From NCBI GenBank assembly GCA_038060895.1, contig JBBTCT010000022.1, forward strand, positions 64,001 through 128,000: a stretch of 64,000 bases of DNA, in the 5' to 3' direction. This stretch comes from Planctomycetota bacterium. Its GTDB lineage: Bacteria; Planctomycetota; MHYJ01; WSZJ01. This document shows positions 45,718 to 54,613 of the stretch, in pieces (position 1 is the first letter of the stretch; each line of letters begins with the position of its first letter). Under the pieces are notes generated by a model. The model saw nothing but the letters and a program-made list of their open reading frames with translations. It was not told where the DNA came from and did no database searches. The translations under genes and the position numbers were made by a program.

Positions 45718-46971
45718 CTACGCCTTCTTCAGGAACCCGAGCGCCGGCGCCTGCGGCTTCCAGTCGGGGAAGAACTTCTCCATCTTCGTGAACCCGAGGA
45801 AACCGCTCAGCACCTCCGTGAACGGAAGGCGGAAGTCCGTGTGCACCGGCATGTCCCGCTCCTCGTACAGGCTCTTCGGTTCCAGCCCCGTCCACTTTCC
45901 GAAAATCTTCCCTCCGTCCACCTGCCCGCCGAGCGCCAGCATGATCCCGCCGTGGCCGTGGTCGGTGCCGTTGTTCCCGTTCTCCGCCACCGTGCGGCCG
46001 AATTCGGACATCGTCAGGACGAGCACGTCCTTCATGCGCGCCTCGCCGAGGTCCTCCGCGAACGCGGCCAGCGTGTCCGAGACGTTCTTGAGCATGTCCG
46101 CCATCTGCCCGTCTTCCACGCCTTCCTTCGCGTGGTGGTCCCACCCGTTGTAGTCCGCCGCCGCGACTTCCAGCCCGCACCCCGCCTTGATGACCTGCGC
46201 GATCCCCTGGAATTGCCGCCCCAGCGTCGTCGCCGGGTACTTCACGCCGCCGGCGCCGTCCGCCTTCGCGAGAATGTCCTGCAGGAAGCGCAATTTCCGG
46301 ATCGTTTCCTGCCCCGCACCCAGGATCTTGTCGGCGGGATCGTCGGACCGCTTCTCCATCCCGCCCCCCTTCCCGTACTGCCCCTCGAATTCGTCCATCG
46401 CCTGCATCGCGCGGTCCTCGGGAACGGCCAGCACAGGGAATTGGCCGCGAAGCGCTCGGGGCAGAAGCGGCTGCGCCGCGAGGGCGCGCAACTCGACTTC
46501 CTTCCGTTTCCCTTCGTTCGTCGCGGTCAGCCAGCGATTGAGCCAGCCTTCCGTAATCGTGCGGACGCCCGGCGCGGCGTACTCCATGAAGTCCTGCGCG
46601 TCGAAGTGGCTGCGCGTCGGGTGAGGGGAGCCGACGTTCAGGATCGGCGCGAACATTCCCTTCTTGTAGAGAGCGTGCAGCCCCTTCATCGACGGATGCA
46701 GCCCGAACCCGCCGCCGAGGTCGAGCGCGCCGCCGTCGGCGCCGGGGGGCGGGACTGCGATCGTCGGGCGGATCTTGCGGTACGTCGCGTCCGTGTACGG
46801 CGCGACGAGACTGAGGCTGTCGGCGCCGCCCCTCATGTAAAGCACGACGACGGTCTTCACGGCCGCGCCCTTCTCGTCGGCGAGGGCGCTGAGGCCGAAG
46901 CGGCCCGAGGCGATCGCGCCGAAGACCGCTCCGGAGGCGCGGAGAAAATCACGGCGGTTGAAATCGGTCAT
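45718..46971 (-). CDS. DUF1501 family protein (Tat-exported)
   Basis: NRRDFL Tat motif; LYMRGGADSL, FGLHP, RSHFDAQD, GWDHH, MSEFGRT, NGTDHG. Confidence 0.92.
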   Translation of the reverse strand: MTDFNRRDFLRASGAVFGAIASGRFGLSALADEKGAAVKTVVVLYMRGGADSLSLVAPYTDATYRKIRPTIAVPPPGADGGALDLGGGFGLHPSMKGLHALYKKGMFAPILNVGSPHPTRSHFDAQDFMEYAAPGVRTITEGWLNRWLTATNEGKRKEVELRALAAQPLLPRALRGQFPVLAVPEDRAMQAMDEFEGQYGKGGGMEKRSDDPADKILGAGQETIRKLRFLQDILAKADGAGGVKYPATTLGRQFQGIAQVIKAGCGLEVAAADYNGWDHHAKEGVEDGQMADMLKNVSDTLAAFAEDLGEARMKDVLVLTMSEFGRTVAENGNNGTDHGHGGIMLALGGQVDGGKIFGKWTGLEPKSLYEERDMPVHTDFRLPFTEVLSGFLGFTKMEKFFPDWKPQAPALGFLKKA

Positions 46972-46982
46972 GGGGATCTCCG

Positions 46983-48629
46983 CTACTGTTCCTGGAAGGT
47001 GGGGGAACCGAGAAGAGCGCCGAGGAGCGCTTCGGCAGCCTGGCGCGGCTTGAGGCCCTGCTTGAGGATCTCCGCGCAGCGCGCCTCGGTCGGGGCGTCG
47101 ACGCCTCCGGGCAGAATCATGGACTCGAGCGCTTCTTTCATGCCGGCAGGGTCCTTGGCGAGGATCGGCTTGAAGTAGTCTGCCGACATCGAGATGCCGC
47201 CCATCCGGCCGCTGGCGAGCCTCAGCGCGAACTGCCACCGGTACACGAGAACGCCGGGGTCGAGCCACGCTTCCGCCTGGTCGAAGTACCCGGTCGGGTC
47301 CTTGCAGCGGCAGGTAGGCTGGCCCATCTGGTCGAGCATCCGGAGGGTTTCGTTCGTGTTCACGATCGAGCTTCCGGTGGCGCGAAGCGCGCTGACCGTG
47401 AACTCAAACGGCGTCTTGAATTTCACGCGGAAGTTCTCACGGCGATAGAAGTCGTCGCCGAAGATGATCGTCTGGTAGACGGCCTTGAGATCTCCGCCCG
47501 TCTTCAGGTATTCGGCTGCGGCCTTGTCCACGAGCGCCGCGGGCGGCTGGTCGTTCACGAGGTGCCGGCAGAGTTTCCAGCAGATGAACTTTGCGGTCAG
47601 CGGGTGCCGGGCGAGCCGGCGGATGACTTCCTCGCCTTCCTCGATTCCGCCGTTGCCCGAGAGGCTCAGGTTCAGGACGCCGATTTTCTTGGGGTCGTCG
47701 TCGTGCCACTCCTTGCGGAAGTTGAACTCGCAGCGGTCTTCGCCGAACGACACGGTCCATCCCGTCAGCGTCCGCGCCACGGCGATCACGTCCTGCTGCG
47801 TATAGCCGCCGGGGACGTTCTCGTTCTGCACGCCCACCGTGTGGAGTTCCATCACCTCGCGTGCGAAGTTCTCGTTCAACCCGTGCTGACGCTCGAGCTT
47901 CTGGATGAACTCGGACTTCTTTCGGTTCGCCCCCCCGCGCTCGACCATCTCCTTCTCGCGCTCCGACAGAGGCCGTTGCGACAGCACGTTGTCGAGGTAC
48001 ACGAGCATCGCGGGATGCTTCGCGCACGCCATCAGCATGTCCTCGAACTTCCCGAAGACGTGCTTCCGGATCACGTCTTCCTCGTAGTTCCCGGCGAGCA
48101 GCTGGCACTGGTCTTTCGACTGGTCGATGCTGAAGTGGTTCCGCCAGAAGTTCACGAGCACTTCGTTCAGCTGGCGCCGCGAATGTGCGGCGCGGAGGAT
48201 GACCGCCGATCGCAGTTCCTCCTGGACGTCGCGGCGGAGCCGGTTGTACTCCTGCTGCAGCTTCAGCAGTTCCTCGGGAGTGAGGTTCTTGCGGTCGCGG
48301 AGTTCCTTCGGGCGGTACTGGTCGATGACTTCGGAGGTGCTCATGAAGACGGACGGGCAGTCCTTCTTCAGCCTCTCCTGGAGCGCGGAGTCGTCGATCT
48401 TCTCAGGCTCGAGCTGTTCGAGGGTCCACGCCATCCAGCCCCGGGAAAGGATGTCGTCCACTTCGCCCGGCCGTGGTCCGAACGAGAGGCGGTTCAGGCA
48501 GTGGAAGGCGATCTCCCGCTGGCTCAGCTTCGTGCCCGGTTGCGCCTGCGTAGGCGGCGCGGGGTCTTCGCCGGGGCAGGCGAGGGCGGCGGCCAGGACG
48601 AGTACGGACGAAACGACTGTTCTGTTCAT
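46983..48629 (-). CDS. DUF1800 family protein
   Basis: HCLNRLSFGP, FWRNHF, HPAMLVYLDN, NENFAREVMELHT.G, YTQQDV, KFKTPFE, SPTFQ; signal peptide. Confidence 0.92.
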   Translation of the reverse strand: MNRTVVSSVLVLAAALACPGEDPAPPTQAQPGTKLSQREIAFHCLNRLSFGPRPGEVDDILSRGWMAWTLEQLEPEKIDDSALQERLKKDCPSVFMSTSEVIDQYRPKELRDRKNLTPEELLKLQQEYNRLRRDVQEELRSAVILRAAHSRRQLNEVLVNFWRNHFSIDQSKDQCQLLAGNYEEDVIRKHVFGKFEDMLMACAKHPAMLVYLDNVLSQRPLSEREKEMVERGGANRKKSEFIQKLERQHGLNENFAREVMELHTVGVQNENVPGGYTQQDVIAVARTLTGWTVSFGEDRCEFNFRKEWHDDDPKKIGVLNLSLSGNGGIEEGEEVIRRLARHPLTAKFICWKLCRHLVNDQPPAALVDKAAAEYLKTGGDLKAVYQTIIFGDDFYRRENFRVKFKTPFEFTVSALRATGSSIVNTNETLRMLDQMGQPTCRCKDPTGYFDQAEAWLDPGVLVYRWQFALRLASGRMGGISMSADYFKPILAKDPAGMKEALESMILPGGVDAPTEARCAEILKQGLKPRQAAEALLGALLGSPTFQEQ

Positions 48630-48788
48630 CGTAGGGGTCTCCGATGCGGCTCCCGGGCCGCGCGGGACGGCCTCGAGGGGACGCTGTCCCCTTGCCGGAC
48701 CCGGCGCGCCGGTCTCCGCAGAATTCAACACGCGCGAAGGGGCCCGGTTGCCGGGAATCCCTCCCGCCGGCCGAATCGGCGGAACTAC

Positions 48789-48801
48789 TTAATGGCCTTA
48801 A
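48789..48801. promoter_or_regulatory. Operator-like palindrome copy 5 (TTAATGGCCTTAA), flanked by GGAAC/GTTCC
   Basis: 1 mismatch to consensus; about 160 bp upstream of the DUF1800 gene. Confidence 0.55.
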
Positions 48802-48926
48802 TGTTCCGCTTTCACGGCGCGCAGTTCAAGCGGGATTGCGTCCGGAATCTGCGGAATCCCCGGAAAGGGGGACCGCCTGTTCCGCCGCACAAGCCGACGT
48901 CCTGCGGGCGATGGCGGGGCGCCTGC

Positions 48927-51716
48927 TCACCGTGTCCCGCGCCGCGACACCAGAAACAGCGCCAGCGCTCTTCCCGCCCCGACCTGGATCGCCCGCGCGC
49001 GCAGCTGCGTCGCCTTCGACAGCTGGCGGCGGCCGGCGAAAACCTCGGCCATGAGGAGGTAAAGCTCCGCGGCGAGGTTGGGCGAGAGGCTGGCCGCGTA
49101 GGACCAGAGGGCTTCAAGCGGCTCGGAGCCGACGATGACGCCCGCGATGGGAGACCACTCGGGCATCGCCGCGACGGTTTCGGCCAGGCGGTTGATCGCG
49201 TCGTCGGAGCGGTTCATGGAAGAAAGGGCTGCGCACTCGAGAAGAACGCGGAAGAGCTCCTGGAGGGACTTGCTGGCGACATAGGCGGCGGATTCGCGCT
49301 CGAGTATCGAGAGGCACTCGTCGGGGTTGCCGTCGAGAAGCGCGACCAGCGCGAGCCAGTTGCGCGCCCAGGCGCCTTCGTTCGACGGGTGGGTGGCGCC
49401 GCCCATGACGACGGTGAGGGAGGCGCGCGCGGCGCGGAGGTCTCCCTCCGCGATCTGCGTTTCCGACAGCCGCAGCATCGTCACCCACCGGTCGCGCGCC
49501 GCCAGGTTGACGCCGAGCGCGAGCGTCTCCTGCAGTTCCATGCGGCATCGCGCAATCAGGTCCGGCGTCATCCCCGAGCGCGCGAGCGCCGCGTGGCACT
49601 CCATGCGGACTTCGACCGCGAACTTCTCACGCATCAGCTGCCGCGCCGCCTCGTCGCGCACGCGCGCCGGCCCCCCGATCACGCTGCACAGGCGCAGCAT
49701 TTCCGCGCACACCTGCGCCGCCTCCGTCGCATCCAGCCACCGCTGCCGAAGGAGTTCCTGGTACATCGAAGAGGCCTTGTCGGGCGACTCGCGCTCGACC
49801 TTGTCGATCGTCTCCAGGAGAAGCGTCCACAGCTCGATGCGCACGGGGTCGCCGGGATAGCGCTGGCAGCCTTCCTGAAGCGCGACCACCGCTTCGTACT
49901 TGTTTCCCGCCTTGAGTTCGAGCTTCGCCTGGCCGAGGGGGATGACGGCCTCGAGAGGCGTGCCGTCGAGCTTGCGAAGAGCCTCGAGCGCCTCGAGGCG
50001 CTCACCCATTTCGATCGAGCACAGCGCGCCCTTGTAGTGCGCGAGCAGCCCTTCCTCCCGGTCCGGGTGCGTCTCGCCCATCTCGCGGTACAGGTCGCGC
50101 GCTTCCGACATCTTGCCGAGCTGGTAGAGCTTGTCGGGGAGCGCGAGGAACGTCAGCTGCAGGGGCGCGCCGCGGCCTTCGAGCTTAAGTTCGCGGAATG
50201 CGACGCCCTCCTCGTCGCACGACAGGCCGACGCGGTCGCCGCGGAGGGGAAAGAGGTCGCGGTACTCGAGGGCGCGGGTGCCGTTGATGGTGAGCGTGAT
50301 GCGGTCGCCTTCGCGCAGGACGAGGATGCGGTAGCGCGTCCGCGCGGCGAGGCGCACGTCGATACGGCGCGCGGCGGTGACGCCGTGGCGGATCAGCTCG
50401 ACGCGCCCCTCGGGGCCGGCGGCCAGCCGGATCTGGTAGCCCTCCAGCGAAAAGCCACCGCGGATCGCCAGCCAGACCGAGGCTTCCCACGACGTGCGGT
50501 CCATGTCCGCGGCCAGCGTGAACTCGAGGCGCACGTCGCCGGTGACGCGCGGCACCGCCACGACCCGCGCCGACTGGCCGCCCGCGCAGACCAGGTCGCG
50601 GCCCTTGCGCGACCAGCGGCCGCTCACAAGGTCCCACGCCTCCGCGCCCTTTCCCTCCGCGACGTCGCGCCACGGAACCCGCCCCGCCAGAAACTCGTCC
50701 ATCGCCCGCGCCAGCTCGCGCGCCGTCGGGTACCGCTTCGCAGGATCCGGATCCATCGCCCGCTCCACGATCTGGCAGAGCGCGCGGGGAGCGAAGCGCC
50801 CCTGCCCGCGTTTGTGCACCGGCGTGATCTCCGCCTTGAGCGTCGCCCGAAGCGCTTCGTCCGGATCGCCGGTGTCCACGGGAGGATGAAGCGTGATGAT
50901 TTCGTAGAGGATCGTCCCCAGCGAGTAGACGTCGCTGGGAGGCCCGACGAGCGTTCCCATGCCGGCGGCCTGCTCCGGCGACATGTACCCCGGCGTGCCG
51001 ACGATGATCCCGTCGCGCGTCAGCCCGCCTTCTGCCGGCGACACGATCTGCGTTGTCTCCGCGCGCTTGCGCTTCTCGCCCATCACCCGCGCCAGCCCCC
51101 AGTCGAGGACGAGCGCTTCGCCGAATTCCCCGATCATGATATTGCCAGGCTTGAGGTCGCGATGGACGACGTCATTGAAGTGCGAAAACGCGATCGCTTC
51201 GCAGACGCGCGCGAAGACTCCGAGCAGCGCCAGGAGCGGCCAGGCTTCCTCTTCGCGCGGCTTGCGGTCGCGCAGTCCCTCGAGGATGTCGGAGAGCGGC
51301 CGGCCCTGGACAAGCTTCATCGTGTACCACGGCCCCCACGTCGTGTCGTTCCCGAGCTGGTGGACGGGGACGATCCCGGGGTGGGCGAGCCGGCCGGTGA
51401 CCACGGCCTCGTCGGCCAGCCGCTCCGCGAACTCCGCCGAGTAGACGTCGGGGCGCAGAACCTTGAGCGCGACGTCGCGGCTCAGGACGGGGTCGCGCGC
51501 GAGGTAGACGGTCCCCATCCCTCCTTCGCCCAGGATCGAGAGGATCTCATATCCCCCGATTTCCGACGGCTGCCCCTGCGGCGGCGTCGTCCCGGGCGCC
51601 GGCCCCTCCGCCAGCCCCGCCTTCGTCGGCGGCTGGCACCGGTCGCAGAGCCGCGAAGGCTCTCCGGCCGGCAGCTCGGTGCCGCAGCGGGGACAGCAGT
51701 TCACGGTAGGGGTCAT
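48927..51716 (-). CDS. Hanks-type Ser/Thr kinase with beta-sandwich and TPR-like C-terminus (Chlamydia PknD-like architecture), paralog 1
   Basis: N-terminal CPRC/CDRC; LGEGGMG.V, VALK, HRDLKPGN, DWGLA, GTPGYMSPEQ, DVYSLG; LALPD...HPDREEG. Confidence 0.92.
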   Translation of the reverse strand: MTPTVNCCPRCGTELPAGEPSRLCDRCQPPTKAGLAEGPAPGTTPPQGQPSEIGGYEILSILGEGGMGTVYLARDPVLSRDVALKVLRPDVYSAEFAERLADEAVVTGRLAHPGIVPVHQLGNDTTWGPWYTMKLVQGRPLSDILEGLRDRKPREEEAWPLLALLGVFARVCEAIAFSHFNDVVHRDLKPGNIMIGEFGEALVLDWGLARVMGEKRKRAETTQIVSPAEGGLTRDGIIVGTPGYMSPEQAAGMGTLVGPPSDVYSLGTILYEIITLHPPVDTGDPDEALRATLKAEITPVHKRGQGRFAPRALCQIVERAMDPDPAKRYPTARELARAMDEFLAGRVPWRDVAEGKGAEAWDLVSGRWSRKGRDLVCAGGQSARVVAVPRVTGDVRLEFTLAADMDRTSWEASVWLAIRGGFSLEGYQIRLAAGPEGRVELIRHGVTAARRIDVRLAARTRYRILVLREGDRITLTINGTRALEYRDLFPLRGDRVGLSCDEEGVAFRELKLEGRGAPLQLTFLALPDKLYQLGKMSEARDLYREMGETHPDREEGLLAHYKGALCSIEMGERLEALEALRKLDGTPLEAVIPLGQAKLELKAGNKYEAVVALQEGCQRYPGDPVRIELWTLLLETIDKVERESPDKASSMYQELLRQRWLDATEAAQVCAEMLRLCSVIGGPARVRDEAARQLMREKFAVEVRMECHAALARSGMTPDLIARCRMELQETLALGVNLAARDRWVTMLRLSETQIAEGDLRAARASLTVVMGGATHPSNEGAWARNWLALVALLDGNPDECLSILERESAAYVASKSLQELFRVLLECAALSSMNRSDDAINRLAETVAAMPEWSPIAGVIVGSEPLEALWSYAASLSPNLAAELYLLMAEVFAGRRQLSKATQLRARAIQVGAGRALALFLVSRRGTR

Positions 51717-52030
51717 GAAGTGGTATCCGGAGAAGCGAGGTGGGAACCGGAGAGTATCGCACTCGGCGGCCTAAGGGATCGCCCATAGGGTGGCGTCGAG
51801 AATTCGCGCTTGGATGAGATAACTCGCCGTGGCCCTTTCAGCCCGCAACCTCGCCGTCTCAAACAATGTTCCCGCATGACGCGCACGCACCTGCGCCACG
51901 TCCCGCACCGATCCAGAAAGATCCGTCACTGTCAGCCACGCTCGCGACATGCCCATTGCTTACTTCGACGGTCTCTGACTCCAACCGATAACTGCCAACA
52001 AATGCGTGGGAAGCCCACCAGTCGCTCAGC

Positions 52031-52744
52031 TTATTCGCAGTTGAGGACCTGAGTCACAACAACGATCCCATCGGCGTCTCCTTCGATGCCCCCTAGAGGG
52101 CCCCCTTCGTCTCCTCCCCACCTGACTTTTGCCTCCGCTGTCGTATCCAAAACCGAGTTGTCTAAGAACGCACACGCAACCGGGTCGGAGACCGGAAGGA
52201 CCCATCGCAGGTCGATGTGGTCCTTCTTGCCATCGAATTTCGTTTTGAACTTCACCTGCCTTCCGATCGCCGGAACTCCGACGACAGGGGCTGCGGGGAG
52301 CGGACCCCACGAGACGAAGCATCCCATTGAGTCGGAGTCAAAAAACACCAAGACATTGTCGCAGGAAAAGGTCACCGTCCAAATGCAATCGACTATGAGA
52401 GTCCCGTTTGCGGTGGCTCGATCGGACTTGGTCTTGATCTTGAGATCTAGCTCTGCATCGGCTTGTCCAAAAGCAAAGTGCCCCGGGTGGAGCTGCCCTT
52501 GGTGGTTGCAAAGCGAAGTCGTCTGACCGAAGGAATGTACGTCTGCGTCACCGCCGCCCTTCCTCGAAACGCAGGTCAGTACCTGCGACCCCCCGGGCGA
52601 TTCCTGAGTGGTAGTGAAACCCAGGTAAACCAGAACCAGGGAATATGACGGCGAATCAGTACTACTGTGGTTGACGGGGCCTGTGACGCCGATGGCGCAG
52701 GTCACCAAGGCGGTGGCAACAGCAAGTCTCACCAGACGCATCAC
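52031..52744 (-). CDS. Hypothetical exported Cys-containing, beta-rich protein
   Basis: Signal-like N-terminus (MMRLVRLAVATALVTCAIG), AGGAGG RBS, ATGA overlap with the upstream gene. Confidence 0.6.
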   Translation of the reverse strand: MMRLVRLAVATALVTCAIGVTGPVNHSSTDSPSYSLVLVYLGFTTTQESPGGSQVLTCVSRKGGGDADVHSFGQTTSLCNHQGQLHPGHFAFGQADAELDLKIKTKSDRATANGTLIVDCIWTVTFSCDNVLVFFDSDSMGCFVSWGPLPAAPVVGVPAIGRQVKFKTKFDGKKDHIDLRWVLPVSDPVACAFLDNSVLDTTAEAKVRWGGDEGGPLGGIEGDADGIVVVTQVLNCE

Positions 52745-54510
52745 TTTCCTCCTTCTTTTGGCTCCGAGTGAGCTTCGAGGAAATCCTCAAGCAGAGACAC
52801 CACTTGCTTGAGAGAATGATCCGCACCTCCGCTGGCCGAGAGCGAATCTCTGATTCGAGCCAGCATTTCGGGCGTGCAAGATTCACCGACCATCAAGGCC
52901 GACCGCAAGCCGAGTTTCTTGTCTCGTAACAGCTTGACGACTTCAGGTAACACCGCGGCTTGTGAATCTAGATCTCCGACCTTGAGAACATAACGAACCG
53001 CGTCGAGCCGCAATGCAGGTTTCGTCGACGAACCCGTGCCGATCTGTTTCATCACCCGGAGCAAGTCTGGGCTAAGTTCGCAACTCGAGGCACCGCGAAC
53101 CAGTCGCTCAACGGCAGGGTGATCGTTCGGCAGACGGTCCAGACAGGATGCAATCGTCGAGGCACCATCGGCCTCCCTTCGCGCGATCGCGGCAAAGCCA
53201 TCAGCGGCAGTCACACTTTGCATGACGGTCCCACCGACAACGTCCGACTCCAAGTCCTTCCGGATCGACTCGATTGCGGCGCCGGTTAGCCCTACGAGAT
53301 CGGAGCGAGCGATTAGCACGGACAGGCAGGAACGCACTGCCGGGTCCAAACACGCTTCTCGGAGATCCGAAAGGGTCGTCGCTTTCAGCAAGGCCGGATT
53401 CAAGAGAGATGCCGCCGACAGGAGATCAGAGCGCAGCGGATCCTCCGCCGATGTGGAGATCAATCGTTGAACGAATTGCTCGATGACCGTCGAATCGTTG
53501 ACGTAGGCGAGCGCGAATACTGCCTGCCGCTTGTGAATTGTCGGGTAGTCACCCTCGAGAATCCTCGCAAAAAATGTCGAAGCGAATTCCGGCGCCGCAC
53601 CTCTCATACCGTAAATGAACAGGTTTGTTTCGGTCGGATCCAACTGCAGGGTCAGCACTTCGATGGCGATCAACTCGAGGAATTCCGGATCTAACTTGGC
53701 CACGGCCTTCAGGAAAGGGTCCTCACCGGAAATGATTCCGTTCTTGGAGGCGCGAACGCCTACCGCCCACGCGCGAACAAGCCGGGTGACAATATCGGGA
53801 CGATTGGCAGCCCGAAGAAAGGCAGCCGCTCGCGCCTTGACTTCACGGTCGGTTCCGTTCTCGAGCAGTTCAAGGATTATCTCGGTTGCGCGGTCCGGGT
53901 TAAGCACGACTAGAATTCGCATGGCAGCGTCAAACAGGTCCGCGTCGCCGGAGTGTTCGAGCGCCAGGCGTTCGACGATTTCCTGGACTCCGTCGCAGGA
54001 ATTCGGAAGAAGCGCAGAGAGAGCAAGTACCAAGATCGCCTTGTCCTTCGACGCCTCAAGCAGAGTCCGTACGAACTTCAGTTCTGGCACCTCCGCCAGC
54101 AGAATTGTCGCGGCTAGGACGCGAACTGCTCGTTCGGACGACTCGAGTGCCAAGGCCGCGAATACGCCAGGACGCAATCGCGCCTCGGCCTCAAGCTGTC
54201 GATCAACGTCGCCGATTCCTCGCTGCATGGCGTCAAGCCGGCGCAGAAGGAGCGCCACAATTCTCAGACGATCGCTCTCAGCGACCGGTTCCAAAGGCAT
54301 TCGAGACGCCCCGGCTCCGGACACTAACTTGAACTCTGTCGTTCTGAATGGGACATTTGGTGGGATCGGTTTCTCAGACTGCATTGAGTCTCGCAGGATC
54401 CACATGGAAAGGCATGCCACGACGCAGGCGATGCTCATCACCACCGCGAGGAAAAGTTGTTTTCCTGTGCGAATCGACGGAAGGATCGAGCGGCCGGGTT
54501 TCTTGTTCAT
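52741..54510 (-). CDS. Hypothetical membrane-anchored alpha-helical (HEAT/ARM-like) protein
   Basis: 589-aa ORF; one N-terminal TM helix; VRVLAATIL, VKARAAAFL, KRQAVFALAY repeats. Confidence 0.65.
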   Translation of the reverse strand: MNKKPGRSILPSIRTGKQLFLAVVMSIACVVACLSMWILRDSMQSEKPIPPNVPFRTTEFKLVSGAGASRMPLEPVAESDRLRIVALLLRRLDAMQRGIGDVDRQLEAEARLRPGVFAALALESSERAVRVLAATILLAEVPELKFVRTLLEASKDKAILVLALSALLPNSCDGVQEIVERLALEHSGDADLFDAAMRILVVLNPDRATEIILELLENGTDREVKARAAAFLRAANRPDIVTRLVRAWAVGVRASKNGIISGEDPFLKAVAKLDPEFLELIAIEVLTLQLDPTETNLFIYGMRGAAPEFASTFFARILEGDYPTIHKRQAVFALAYVNDSTVIEQFVQRLISTSAEDPLRSDLLSAASLLNPALLKATTLSDLREACLDPAVRSCLSVLIARSDLVGLTGAAIESIRKDLESDVVGGTVMQSVTAADGFAAIARREADGASTIASCLDRLPNDHPAVERLVRGASSCELSPDLLRVMKQIGTGSSTKPALRLDAVRYVLKVGDLDSQAAVLPEVVKLLRDKKLGLRSALMVGESCTPEMLARIRDSLSASGGADHSLKQVVSLLEDFLEAHSEPKEGGK

Positions 54511-54613
54511 GACTTGTAAGTAGGTGGCAATTTGCGTTGGTAAAACGCCTTAGGAACGTTCAGGCTAGCAAGTCGGCGGTACTGGAATCAAGGACAGAAC
54601 GGAGGAGTATTCG

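Larger units (their letters stand above)
51770..54600. other. Compositionally distinct (AT-richer) two-gene insert between the kinase paralogs
   Basis: Visibly more A/T-ending codons and TTA/CTA/TAA words than the flanks; no mobility gene seen. Confidence 0.65.

Noticed and set aside
51771-52052. Small ORFs at the left edge of the insert
   Set aside because: Short, no motifs or clear RBS, and conflicting frames.
51770-54554. Terminal inverted repeats (CCTAAGG/CCTTAGG) or integron attC sites around the AT-rich insert
   Set aside because: Only 7 bp; no transposase or integrase, and no convincing attC stem.
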